From Candidatus Kapaibacterium sp. (GTDB lineage: Bacteria; Bacteroidota; Ignavibacteria; Kapaibacteriales; UBA2268), in assembly GCA_963665665.1 (NCBI GenBank), contig OY762428.1, positions 2,816,001-2,880,000 of the forward strand: a DNA stretch of 64,000 nt, written 5' to 3'. Position 1 is the stretch's first letter. The number at the start of each line of letters is the position of its first letter. Shown in pieces: positions 1 through 9,044 of the stretch. A model generated the notes under the pieces. It worked only from the letters and a program-made list of their open reading frames with translations. It did not search any database and had not been told where the DNA came from. The position numbers and the translations under genes were made by a program.

Positions 1-241
1 TGATAGTTGCCGGTGTTTTCTTTTTAAGTGCCGGTTCAAGCATTGTTCTCCATCTCAGGGCACGCGTCCAGTGCGAGGCAACAATAACCGGAATTGGCAG
101 TAATGCAAATATATAATTGGCATTTATCAGTATTTCCCAAAGCCTCTGCAGGTTAATATCCCGGAGAGACAGATATACCGATACAACAACGATAATAATT
201 GTTATAAGATATTTAAGAATTTTCTTTAAGTTATTTTTCAT
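1..241 (-). CDS. Partial (N-terminus only) flippase-like / lysylphosphatidylglycerol synthase TM-domain membrane protein
   Basis: Manual translation from ATG at 241: MKNNLKKILKYLITIIIVVVSVYLSLRDINLQRLWEILINANY...SHWTRALRWRTMLEP. N-terminal TM helix plus the RAxRWxxLL motif of the YbhN/UPF0104 family. Runs off the window edge. Confidence 0.7.
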   Translation of the reverse strand, partial: MKNNLKKILKYLITIIIVVVSVYLSLRDINLQRLWEILINANYIFALLPIPVIVASHWTRALRWRTMLEPALKKKTPATI

Positions 242-499
242 AAACAGATAGTTTATATTGAACCCATTTTACAAAAATTGAAAGAACAAACTTAAAAAAT
301 AAATGCCTAAGAAAAAAAGCAAACTGATGCAAAGATGAAAATATATTAATTGCAAATTGTTGTTTATTGTGAATATTATACCTGTAAAGCAATTCAATAC
401 CTGTTTTGAATCTCAGACATTTCAAAAATATTTTATAAAGAAATACCCGATAAAGTGTATGTGTTAGATTCAGGAATGAATTTATTTATTGTAATCCTG

Positions 500-1954
500 C
501 TACTTTCTATCCCTGATAAGTGGCTTGCCGTCGTTGAAATCAAAAAGTGTCAGGCGGCGAAGATTGAAATAGGCAACCCAGTAATTTTGCAGTGTACGTA
601 TATATGACTGCAATGCACTGTCTTTTTCCCTTTGTGCAATAAAAAGGTCGTTCACATCAATCTTTGATATCAGGTAGCGGTTTCTAGCCACTTCGAAGCG
701 TCGGGCTGCAATATCCTTCGATCTGTAAGCTATTTCAACCTGCTTTTGAAGCTGTTCGAACCTTAAAGCAAGGTAGCGGACTTCTTTTTCGAAATTCTTC
801 CTGTCAATATCAAGCTGGTGCAAACTTATTTCGCGGTTTGCCATTGCTTCTTCCACCTCGGCTGTATTTCTTCCCCACTGAAATATGGGCATCTGGAATG
901 AAAGATTCACAGATTCCTGGTCCAGCAGGTCTTTATACGCAGCATCAACTTTACTTGCTGAATTGTTTAATCCGTAACCTGCTGTAATAGTCGCGTTGAA
1001 GTTATTATTGTTTTCAGCAACAGCAACCCGGCGGTCGGCATTCAGTTCCCTGATCTTAAAAGTAAGAATATCCGAGCGGTTGGCAAATGCCTGTTTCACG
1101 GCAGCCTCAGGTGTTACCTCAATTGATTTAACGGAATCCGGAGGTATAATAATAATTTCAGTATCCAGGCCCATTCCAATTAAATTCAGTAGTTCTTCAC
1201 GGGATCTTTCATAGTCAAGCTCGGAAGTTTCCAGTGAAACTTTCATATCCGATAGGGCCAGTTCATTCTGAAGCAGGTCGTTTTCGGCTATTTTACCTAC
1301 CTGGTAGCGCCCTTTGGATATCTGGTAAAGAGTGTCGTTAATAGAAACATTCAGCCTGGCATTTTCAACCTGCATTTTCGCAAAATATACTTCAAAGAAT
1401 TTTGAAGTGATCTCCATATTCAGGGCTTCAATTTCCTCGGCATAAAGGCGGTCGATATTCTCATAGTTCAGCGCTGCCTCTTCAAGTTCAAATTCCATAC
1501 TGTTGAACTGGAAAATCGGCTGCCTTAAATTGATTTGAAAAGGAGTTGTGTTCCAGTCTGTACGTTCATAATCGCCAAGCAGGTCAATTCGTCTCAGGCC
1601 TGAACCAACTGTAATTCTGCCGCCTGTCCATGGAATTGACTGGCTGATATCCAGGTTGGCCATACTATACATACGGCTGCTGCTGGTGAATATCTCCGTA
1701 CCGTCCGGCTGTGGTGTCCTGTCGATAGAACGTGTCAGCCCCGGTAATGATCCGCTAAGGCTCAGCTGTGGGTAATATGCAGTTACAACAGCATCATGAG
1801 CAGATGTCCGGCTTTTAAGGTTTTCTTGTGCAATTTTTGCTTTTGGGCTATTTTCCCTCGCAAAATCAAGGCATTTGAACAGTGTAAGATCAACAGCCCC
1901 GGCTGAACTGTAGCCGGTGAGTAAAACGATCAATAATAATAATTTATACTTCAT
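500..1954 (-). CDS. TolC-family outer membrane efflux protein
   Basis: Signal peptide, two OEP-like repeats (YYPQLSLSG; RYQVGKI; RYLISKIDVNDLF), downstream of adaptor and permease genes. Confidence 0.9.
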   Translation of the reverse strand: MKYKLLLLIVLLTGYSSAGAVDLTLFKCLDFARENSPKAKIAQENLKSRTSAHDAVVTAYYPQLSLSGSLPGLTRSIDRTPQPDGTEIFTSSSRMYSMANLDISQSIPWTGGRITVGSGLRRIDLLGDYERTDWNTTPFQINLRQPIFQFNSMEFELEEAALNYENIDRLYAEEIEALNMEITSKFFEVYFAKMQVENARLNVSINDTLYQISKGRYQVGKIAENDLLQNELALSDMKVSLETSELDYERSREELLNLIGMGLDTEIIIIPPDSVKSIEVTPEAAVKQAFANRSDILTFKIRELNADRRVAVAENNNNFNATITAGYGLNNSASKVDAAYKDLLDQESVNLSFQMPIFQWGRNTAEVEEAMANREISLHQLDIDRKNFEKEVRYLALRFEQLQKQVEIAYRSKDIAARRFEVARNRYLISKIDVNDLFIAQREKDSALQSYIRTLQNYWVAYFNLRRLTLFDFNDGKPLIRDRK

Positions 1955-2025
1955 TACAAACCTGTTTTTATTTCAACATATTAGATGGGTGTATGAAAAA
2001 CCTGATAATTTGTCAACACTCCAAT

Positions 2026-2108
2026 CCGACTCCTCCCCTTTCCTCCCCAAAAGGGATGGCTGGCTGCCCCTCCTTCGGATCCCGACAAGTCGTGGACAGG
2101 GAGGTCAA
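2026..2108. repeat. REP-like palindromic element fragment
   Basis: ccctccttcggatcccgacaagtcgtggacagg resembles the gatcccgacacgtcgggacagg copies at 25709 and 25786. Confidence 0.5.
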
Positions 2109-2166
2109 AGCCAGTAATAATTTATAATAGTTTCATATATCATTTTAAATCGGTGATTTTTAATAC

Positions 2167-3516
2167 TTATTCATATCTTAATGATTCAATCGGGTCCTGC
2201 ATAGCAGCCCTGCGGGCGGGCATTATCCCGAAAATTATCCCGACGCTTATCGATACAAAGAAAGAAAGCACAACAGATACCCATGATACTATCGTTCGGA
2301 TCTCCGTTACTTGTTCAATTATAAGCGAAAGCGCCACTCCGGTAATTATTCCGATAAAACCTCCGGTTAAACTTATAGCAACGGCTTCACTCATGAATTG
2401 CAGAAGAATATCTCTCTGCCGGGCGCCAAGCGCGCGCCTTACGCCAATTTCCCTTATTCGTTCAAGTACCGAGGCCAGCATAATATTCATAATCCCGATT
2501 CCGCCAACGATAAGCGAAATGGAAGCAATTGCACCAAGCACAATATTGAATATATTCTTTGTTCTTTGTTCCTGTTCAAGTAATACTTCCGGAACAATTA
2601 TCTCGTAATCAACTTCCTCGTTGTGTCGCCGGAACATCATTCTGCCAAGAAGTTCGGCAATGGTTCTCATATTATCGGTATTATCCACGCCTACAACAAT
2701 TTTATCAAGCTGGTCAGTATTCAGGCCTTCCCTGTCGGCCTGTCTCCTGGCCCACCTGGTCAGGTCTCTTTTTGTTATCATAGCCCTGTTTTCGTAGCGC
2801 ATCAGCATGGTTGTTACCGGAATATAAACATCCATATTGAAATCACGCAGTCCAAGATTTTTTATATTATCCTTGGAAAGGCTTTTTTCCTTAAGCACAC
2901 CTGCAACAGTCAGCCAGTTGCTGCCGCATTTTAATTTTCTGCCAACCGGATTATCGGTGGCAAAAAGTTTTTTGCTGATTGAACTGCCAATAATGCAAAC
3001 AGATTTAAAATTTTCATAACTGATATCCGAAAATTCCCCGCCATCTGAAATCTCGAAAGGATTGGTGAAAAAATAATCCCTGCCGATTCCTACAAGTTTT
3101 ATCTGCTGCTTACGGCCCTTGCGCATGGCAGTTGTTTCCAGCACGATCTCAGGGCTGACAAATTTTACACCCGGAATATATTCCCTGATAGATTCTGCAT
3201 CTTTCAGGGTCAGTCCCGGAGAGAATTTCTTCTTTTTCTTGGTTATATCATCTGATTCGCTGTCGCTGCCCGAATCTTCCTCTTTCTCTTCATCCTGAAT
3301 TTTATCCGGGTCGAGCGGCTTGATAATAATATTGTTCGTACCAAGAAGTTTCATCTTTTCGAGTATTTCTTCCTGCGCTCCCTGCCCGATGGCAAGCATG
3401 GCTATCACCGAGGCAACTCCGCAAATGATGCCAAGGGATGTAAGAACCGACCTGAGTTTATTCTGCATGATTGCTTCAAGGCCGATTCTGAAATTATGAA
3501 TTAATACACCTATCAT
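2167..3516 (-). CDS. MacB/FtsX-family ABC transporter permease (no fused NBD)
   Basis: NKLRSVLTSLGIICGVASVI, GGIGIMNIMLASVLERIREIGVRRALGA and PARRAAMQDPIESLRYE motifs. Confidence 0.92.
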   Translation of the reverse strand: MIGVLIHNFRIGLEAIMQNKLRSVLTSLGIICGVASVIAMLAIGQGAQEEILEKMKLLGTNNIIIKPLDPDKIQDEEKEEDSGSDSESDDITKKKKKFSPGLTLKDAESIREYIPGVKFVSPEIVLETTAMRKGRKQQIKLVGIGRDYFFTNPFEISDGGEFSDISYENFKSVCIIGSSISKKLFATDNPVGRKLKCGSNWLTVAGVLKEKSLSKDNIKNLGLRDFNMDVYIPVTTMLMRYENRAMITKRDLTRWARRQADREGLNTDQLDKIVVGVDNTDNMRTIAELLGRMMFRRHNEEVDYEIIVPEVLLEQEQRTKNIFNIVLGAIASISLIVGGIGIMNIMLASVLERIREIGVRRALGARQRDILLQFMSEAVAISLTGGFIGIITGVALSLIIEQVTEIRTIVSWVSVVLSFFVSISVGIIFGIMPARRAAMQDPIESLRYE

Positions 3517-4778
3517 TCTGATTTCTTCTTCAATGGTGTAACCGGCATTTTACCATCGTCTTCCGGCACCGAAAGATAAATTTCATCCTTTTCATTCAGG
3601 CCATTTTCAATTACAACTTCATTATCGTTCATAAGGCCGACGGCAACTTCCTGCTTGATATAACCGCCATTATCCTTTTTATAAACGAATGTTGTATCAT
3701 TCTGTGGGTGGAGGCAGTCCAGCGGGATATAAACAACGTTCTGAAGTTCATCGATAAGTATTTCATTGCCTGTAGTCATCGACGGGCGGAGTGTTGTATC
3801 TTTATCAATAACGTCAATTATCACTTCGAAAACCTTGGAATCCGAACTTCTTCTCTGTTCGCCGATATTTGCCACGCGGGTAACTTTACCCTTCAGGGAT
3901 TTATCCGGCTGGGCATCAAGGCCTATCGTAACTACCTGCCCTTTTTTTATTTTCTGAATATCAACTTCATTGATATATGTTAGTGATTCCATTTGGGTAA
4001 GGTCGGGAAGCTCGGCAACAACGGGATCCCAGGCGCTAATGGTTGTTCCCTCGGTTTTTCTTCTTCCGCTCCATTCCTTTGCATAAATAAGCATTCCGGG
4101 AGAAGGAGCATAAATTGTAAACTGATTAAAAATATCCATAAATTTTGCAAGCTTTTGTTTTTCTTTCTGAAGGTCAGCATTAACTATGGAAAGGTCGGTA
4201 ATAGCTTTTTTAACTTTTGTTTTATAATTTTTTTCCGCCTGCAGCAGGTTTCGTTGTGCACGTTCATAATTAATTTCAGCCTGTCGGATAACTGCCGGAG
4301 GCTCGTACTTAGACTGCTCCATTAGCAATTTTTTCTCTTCAAGGGCGAATTTCAGGTTTTCAAGTTCGTCCCTGGCAGCAGACAGGTTAAGCGTACTGTC
4401 CAGTTCGCTCTGCTTATACTGGGATTGATACTTTTGTATAGAAATTTCAATTTCCGTTATTTTTCTGGATATTTCAGATCTATCCAATTCTGCCACAAAA
4501 TCACCTTCCTTCACAACAGTTCCCTCGTCAATCAGTCGGGATATTTTCATTTGTGAAATACCAACAGACCTGGCTCCTGAAGGCCCTTCAATCTCGATAG
4601 AATTTTTTGCTTTAAGTTCCCCGGTAGTCTTCACCGTAACTCTGAAATCACCTTTTACGGGAGTTACGATAATTTCGGAGTTAACTTCTTCTTCAAATAG
4701 GAAGAGCGCTATAACAACCGCAATAATCACGACCAGTGGCAGTCCGATCAATAAAATTTTTTTCTTCATCACAACCAT
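3513..4778 (-). CDS. MacA-like periplasmic adaptor (membrane fusion protein)
   Basis: N-terminal anchor, lipoyl half (EGTVVKEGDFVAELD), coiled coil, IYAPSPG, LRPSMT. Confidence 0.9.
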   Translation of the reverse strand: MVVMKKKILLIGLPLVVIIAVVIALFLFEEEVNSEIIVTPVKGDFRVTVKTTGELKAKNSIEIEGPSGARSVGISQMKISRLIDEGTVVKEGDFVAELDRSEISRKITEIEISIQKYQSQYKQSELDSTLNLSAARDELENLKFALEEKKLLMEQSKYEPPAVIRQAEINYERAQRNLLQAEKNYKTKVKKAITDLSIVNADLQKEKQKLAKFMDIFNQFTIYAPSPGMLIYAKEWSGRRKTEGTTISAWDPVVAELPDLTQMESLTYINEVDIQKIKKGQVVTIGLDAQPDKSLKGKVTRVANIGEQRRSSDSKVFEVIIDVIDKDTTLRPSMTTGNEILIDELQNVVYIPLDCLHPQNDTTFVYKKDNGGYIKQEVAVGLMNDNEVVIENGLNEKDEIYLSVPEDDGKMPVTPLKKKSE

Positions 4779-5107
4779 TAAATAAATTCATTTAATAATA
4801 TCTTAAATAATACTGCTCAAAATAAAAATAGTTTCAACAAAAAGGGCAAATAAACAGCATTCTTTTATCAAAATAGTAAAAAAATTATGAAAATGGAAAT
4901 AGAAATAGTGATTTGAAGGAAAAGTATTGTTGAAGGTCAATATCAATTTCCGAACACTTTACTTCGAAACAAAATTTCCATAAGTTCAGAACTGCTGACC
5001 CGTGTACGAAAAATCAAAGAGTTATGAGAATAATGGCGTAAATTAATTTGTCGCATTTATTAATAATTGTTACCGCATCAATAAATCTGAATAATAAAAT
5101 TTTCTTA

Positions 5108-5303
5108 TGCCTGATATCCCCAAACCCAACAGAAGGAGGGGCTTACTGCAAAGACTTCACCTTCGGGGAGGCTCCGCCCAACACCTGTGTTCCACACCTC
5201 GTGTGTTTGGGAGGGGGCGGAAACTGAATTGGAATAACAGAAAACCGCGACTTTAAAAAATTACGTGGATTCCGGATGCGCTTTAAGTAAGAAAAGAGCA
5301 GGC
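5108..5303 (+). ncRNA. Candidate structured non-coding RNA (identity unknown; 6S-sized)
   Basis: GC-rich non-coding stretch in an AT-rich spacer. Contains a cUUCGg hairpin (cttcacc-ttcg-gggagg), a long stem ctccgccc...gggggcgg and terminal gcctg/caggc, followed by a terminator-like hairpin. Confidence 0.4.
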
Positions 5304-5321
5304 TGATCCCGGATAACAAAA

Positions 5322-5360
5322 AAATAACTCCCGTAACAAATACATCTGCGGGAGTTATTT
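5322..5360. terminator. Probably bidirectional intrinsic terminator
   Basis: aaataactcccg...cgggagttattt inverted repeat with flanking A/T tracts, downstream of gmhA. Confidence 0.7.
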
Positions 5361-5398
5361 AGTTTTAAAAAAATTATCCTGAATAATAGTACCGGAAG

Positions 5399-5992
5399 TC
5401 AGAAAAATTCGGGGAATAATTCTTCCTCGATCATTTCACACCAGATATGGCCAACCATAATATGCGATTCCTGTACCCTGGCGGTAATATCCGATGGAAC
5501 AACAACACTGTAATCACATCTTTCTCTGATCTTACCTCCGTTTTTGCCAAGCAGGCCGAATACTTTCATTCCCTTATCCTTTGCTTCGAGGCATGCGCGG
5601 TAAACATTTTCGGAATTTCCGCTTGTTGATATAGCAACAAGGGCATCTTTTTCCGTTCCGAATGCCTCGACACCACGGGCGAAAATATTATCAAACCCAA
5701 TGTCATTCCCACCGGCAGTAAGTACGGATGTATCAACAGTCAGGGCCAATCCCGGAACAGCCGGCCTGTTTATATGCCCCCTGAGCCTTACCACAAGTTC
5801 TGCTGCAAGGTGCTGGCTGTCGGCAGCACTGCCGCCGTTTCCGCAAAAAAGTATTTTCCCGCCGTCCTTTACTGTATCGGCAAGCAAAGTTCCGCATGTG
5901 TTAATAGATTCCAGGCATTGGTCCATAACCTTATTTTTTACCATAATACTTTCGGCAATGGCCTCAGAAATTTTTTTCTCTGATCTCGTCAT
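5399..5992 (-). CDS. gmhA: D-sedoheptulose-7-phosphate isomerase
   Basis: CGNGGSAADSQH, ISTSGNS and RVQESH motifs. Start moved to MTRSEKK, which overlaps the engB stop. Confidence 0.93.
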   Translation of the reverse strand: MTRSEKKISEAIAESIMVKNKVMDQCLESINTCGTLLADTVKDGGKILFCGNGGSAADSQHLAAELVVRLRGHINRPAVPGLALTVDTSVLTAGGNDIGFDNIFARGVEAFGTEKDALVAISTSGNSENVYRACLEAKDKGMKVFGLLGKNGGKIRERCDYSVVVPSDITARVQESHIMVGHIWCEMIEEELFPEFF

Positions 5993-6609
5993 CACATTTC
6001 TCCGGCATTTTCTGAACATACACGCCTGATTACACCAAGCAATTCTTTTCTACCCATACCGCTTACAGAAGAATAGGGCAAAACGTCAACGGCAAAACGG
6101 CAGTTTTGCAGCAGATGTCCTAATTGCTCTTTGCGTTCGTCAATTTTCTTAGCTGACAATTTATCGCACTTGGTAAGAACAATAATATAGCTTTTGGAAT
6201 TATTTTCAAGCCATTCAATAAGGGCAAGGTCATTATCCATCGGGTCGTGCCTTGAGTCGATCAGGGCGCAGACTAATCTCAGGTTATCCCTCTTTCCAAG
6301 ATAGTCATAGTTCAGTGCTGCCCATTTCTGCCTGTAACTTTTGCCAACCGCAGCATAACCAAAACCGGGTAAATCCGCAAAACTCCACTGATCCTCGACA
6401 AGGAAGAAATTGATCTCCTTTGTCTTTCCCGGAGTCGAGCTTGTATGAGCAAGGTTCTTTCTTTGTACAATACTATTCAAAAGCGATGATTTGCCCACAT
6501 TCGAACGGCCGGAAAAAGCAATTTCAGGATAATCATACTCGGGATATTGCCCTGGTCCGGCAGCCCCTTTCACAAATTCAGACTGAAAATTATTGATTTT
6601 TGTTTTCAT
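5992..6609 (-). CDS. engB: Ribosome biogenesis GTPase EngB/YihA/YsxC
   Basis: GRSNVGKSS, TSSTPGKT, DLPGFGYA and TKCDK G-motifs. Confidence 0.95.
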   Translation of the reverse strand: MKTKINNFQSEFVKGAAGPGQYPEYDYPEIAFSGRSNVGKSSLLNSIVQRKNLAHTSSTPGKTKEINFFLVEDQWSFADLPGFGYAAVGKSYRQKWAALNYDYLGKRDNLRLVCALIDSRHDPMDNDLALIEWLENNSKSYIIVLTKCDKLSAKKIDERKEQLGHLLQNCRFAVDVLPYSSVSGMGRKELLGVIRRVCSENAGEM

Positions 6610-6845
6610 TGTTATGTCTTGTTTTTCAGGAATTAATTGCTAATTAAATAAAATTAACTAATCGTAATATTATAACGAATTAGTAGCTGCAAAAATGCAA
6701 ACAAATTACTTAATTAAAAAGGGAATCCTTTGCCGGAAAATAAAATCTGCCATAAGGTATCAGTAATTTCCTGTTTGTATCATTGCTACAATTATTTTGA
6801 TTCTATTGAATCGCATTGAATTTTCTATGAGCTTCCAAGGGTTAC

Positions 6846-7691
6846 TTAATTCATACTAAGCAGAAGGATAGCAACAATTCCCGTAATTATGGCAAGCCTT
6901 CCGAAAGTATTTTGCTTTTCTTTCCATATAATAAATGCGCCAAGGGATGTAAAAATAATTATACTGATATTTGCTATGGGGAACACAATATATGCCGGTA
7001 ATTCCCTTAAAGCATTTATTAGAAAAAATGAGGAAAAAATATTAGGAACTCCAAGCATCAGTCCGCGTTTGATTGATCCGCTGTCTATTCTGGTTTTTGA
7101 TATAAAAACATATAAAGCAGAAAATATTAAGGCGAACCCAAATATACAAGTCAGGAAAAATTCCTTTTCACTTGGAGGACGCCATTGTTCGAATAATTTG
7201 AAAGCAAAATCATTAACGCCGATTCCGGTGAACAGCCCTATAAGCCATAAATAAGCTTTTTTATCAACTTTTTGGTTGCTTCCATTTCCGAAAGATCTGT
7301 AAAAAAGAAAAATGGTAAGAAATGCCAGCAAAATACCGATATATCCCCATAATCCGGGAAACTCAAAAAACACAATTATCGACAATCCTATCGGTATAAC
7401 AACAGATATACGGGAACTTACCTGTGCCAGGGCTGCCCCTGCAAATTCAACCGCTTTGGCAAAAGCAAAAAATGAAAGCAGGAACATAAGGCCGAGAATG
7501 GCCCCGAGGCCCAAAGTCTCTGCCGAATAAGATGCTGATTTATCAGTTACAAAAAAGAATGTACTGAAGGAAGTGGCAACAACATAATTTGCAAAAAGCA
7601 AAACAATAGCACTTCCGGACTTTGAATCATTATGTTTGAGAATCAGCGCTATCAGAGTCGAGCACAGAACCACCATAACAAGTGAGATCAT
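6846..7691 (-). CDS. DMT/EamA-family transporter
   Basis: About 10 TM helices in two repeats; FFEFP and WKEK half-repeat ends. Confidence 0.8.
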   Translation of the reverse strand: MISLVMVVLCSTLIALILKHNDSKSGSAIVLLFANYVVATSFSTFFFVTDKSASYSAETLGLGAILGLMFLLSFFAFAKAVEFAGAALAQVSSRISVVIPIGLSIIVFFEFPGLWGYIGILLAFLTIFLFYRSFGNGSNQKVDKKAYLWLIGLFTGIGVNDFAFKLFEQWRPPSEKEFFLTCIFGFALIFSALYVFISKTRIDSGSIKRGLMLGVPNIFSSFFLINALRELPAYIVFPIANISIIIFTSLGAFIIWKEKQNTFGRLAIITGIVAILLLSMN

Positions 7692-7733
7692 AACTTATCC
7701 GAATAATTCATAACTCATAAAAGATTATTGTAT

Positions 7734-7915
7734 CTACTCAGCATTGAAAATTTATAGCAATTTTTGGAGAAAAATCCGAAAGTGTCATTCTGAAGGAGCA
7801 CAGCGACTGAAGAATCCATATTGAAATAGCAGAAAATGCTGAAGAATGGATACTTCGCTTCGCTCAGTATGACATTTTAATTTTTTTTCAAAATTTCCAA
7901 AGTACTGCTAAGTAG
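7734..7915. mobile_element. MITE/REP-like element
   Basis: Terminal inverted repeat ctactcagca/tgctaagtag around a tgtcattctgaag...gaagaatcc...ggatacttc...tcagtatgaca hairpin. Confidence 0.6.
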
Positions 7916-7989
7916 TTACCATTATATTTACAAGTTAAGAAAAATTGATGATATTCATTCCTTCATGATTTTTTCTTTCATCAAAATTT

Positions 7990-8754
7990 TCAAAGCATCA
8001 GCCTGGTAGCACCTCCGTCAACAGATATGTTCTGGCCGGTAAGATAGGATGCAGCATCCATGCACAGGAATGCTGCCACACCGGATATTTCACTTGTATT
8101 TCCAATGCGTCCCATTGGTGTTTGGCTGATAATATTTGCTTTTTTTTCTTCATCATCCAAAACTGACCGTACAAGAGGAGTATCGATATACCAGGGTTCG
8201 ATAGAGTTTACACGAATATTTTCCGATGCCCATTCAACAGCAAGGTAGCGGGTCATGTGCATTATTGCTGCTTTGGCAGAAGCGTAGGGAACCCCGGTTC
8301 GTACAACCTGTACCCCGGCAGAAGATGCAATATTAACAACAGAAGCTGACGAAGACTTTTTAAGCAGAGGGTAGAAACTGCGGCACATATTTAAGGCTGC
8401 CCTGTAGTTTGTATTGATTAGAAAATCAATTTCATCGCTGCTGTATTCCATAGTTGCTTTCCTGATATTTGTTCCGGCGTTATTTATCAGGATATCAAGT
8501 TTTTTCGAATTTTCTTCGATCTTTAATGCACTATTCCTTATACTTTCAGCATCAGTTATATCAAGTTGCAAGCCACTGAGTTTCAATCCTTGTTGTCCTG
8601 CATTCTTAATGGCTTGTTCAACTCCGTTCCTATCTCTTGCAGCAATTATAACATCGGCACCAAGATTCGCCAGCTCAATTGCAATGGCATATCCTATACC
8701 TTTACTGCCCCCTGTAACAAGAGCAATTTTTCCCTGGAGAGTCCATTTATTCAT
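7990..8754 (-). CDS. Short-chain dehydrogenase (tropinone reductase-like)
   Basis: TGGSKGIG, NNAGTN and YASAK catalytic motifs. Confidence 0.9.
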   Translation of the reverse strand: MNKWTLQGKIALVTGGSKGIGYAIAIELANLGADVIIAARDRNGVEQAIKNAGQQGLKLSGLQLDITDAESIRNSALKIEENSKKLDILINNAGTNIRKATMEYSSDEIDFLINTNYRAALNMCRSFYPLLKKSSSASVVNIASSAGVQVVRTGVPYASAKAAIMHMTRYLAVEWASENIRVNSIEPWYIDTPLVRSVLDDEEKKANIISQTPMGRIGNTSEISGVAAFLCMDAASYLTGQNISVDGGATRLML

Positions 8755-9044
8755 TTTTTTCCTGTAAAAATATTTAATAAAACTTTTTGAACAAAAATGC
8801 TATTTTATTTAATATTATCAAAAAGTGTGGAAATTTCTACACAAATCGTAACTTTGTAAATAAAAATGTGACATTTCCAGATTTAAATGGTTATTGCCAT
8901 AATACAAGGTATTGTAATTTAAAATTTTCTTAGTTATATTTTCCTTGTTAAAGTGTTATTTCGAAACTGGATAATAATCTTTAGAAACTAAATATTAAAT
9001 TTTTATAATTATTCATTATTTTTAACAATTTTGGAGGCTACACA

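Noticed and set aside
5035-5070. Sixth WYL box (tgtcgc-N9-taattg)
   Set aside because: The upstream arm is poor and mis-spaced, and the -10 box lacks the conserved final T.
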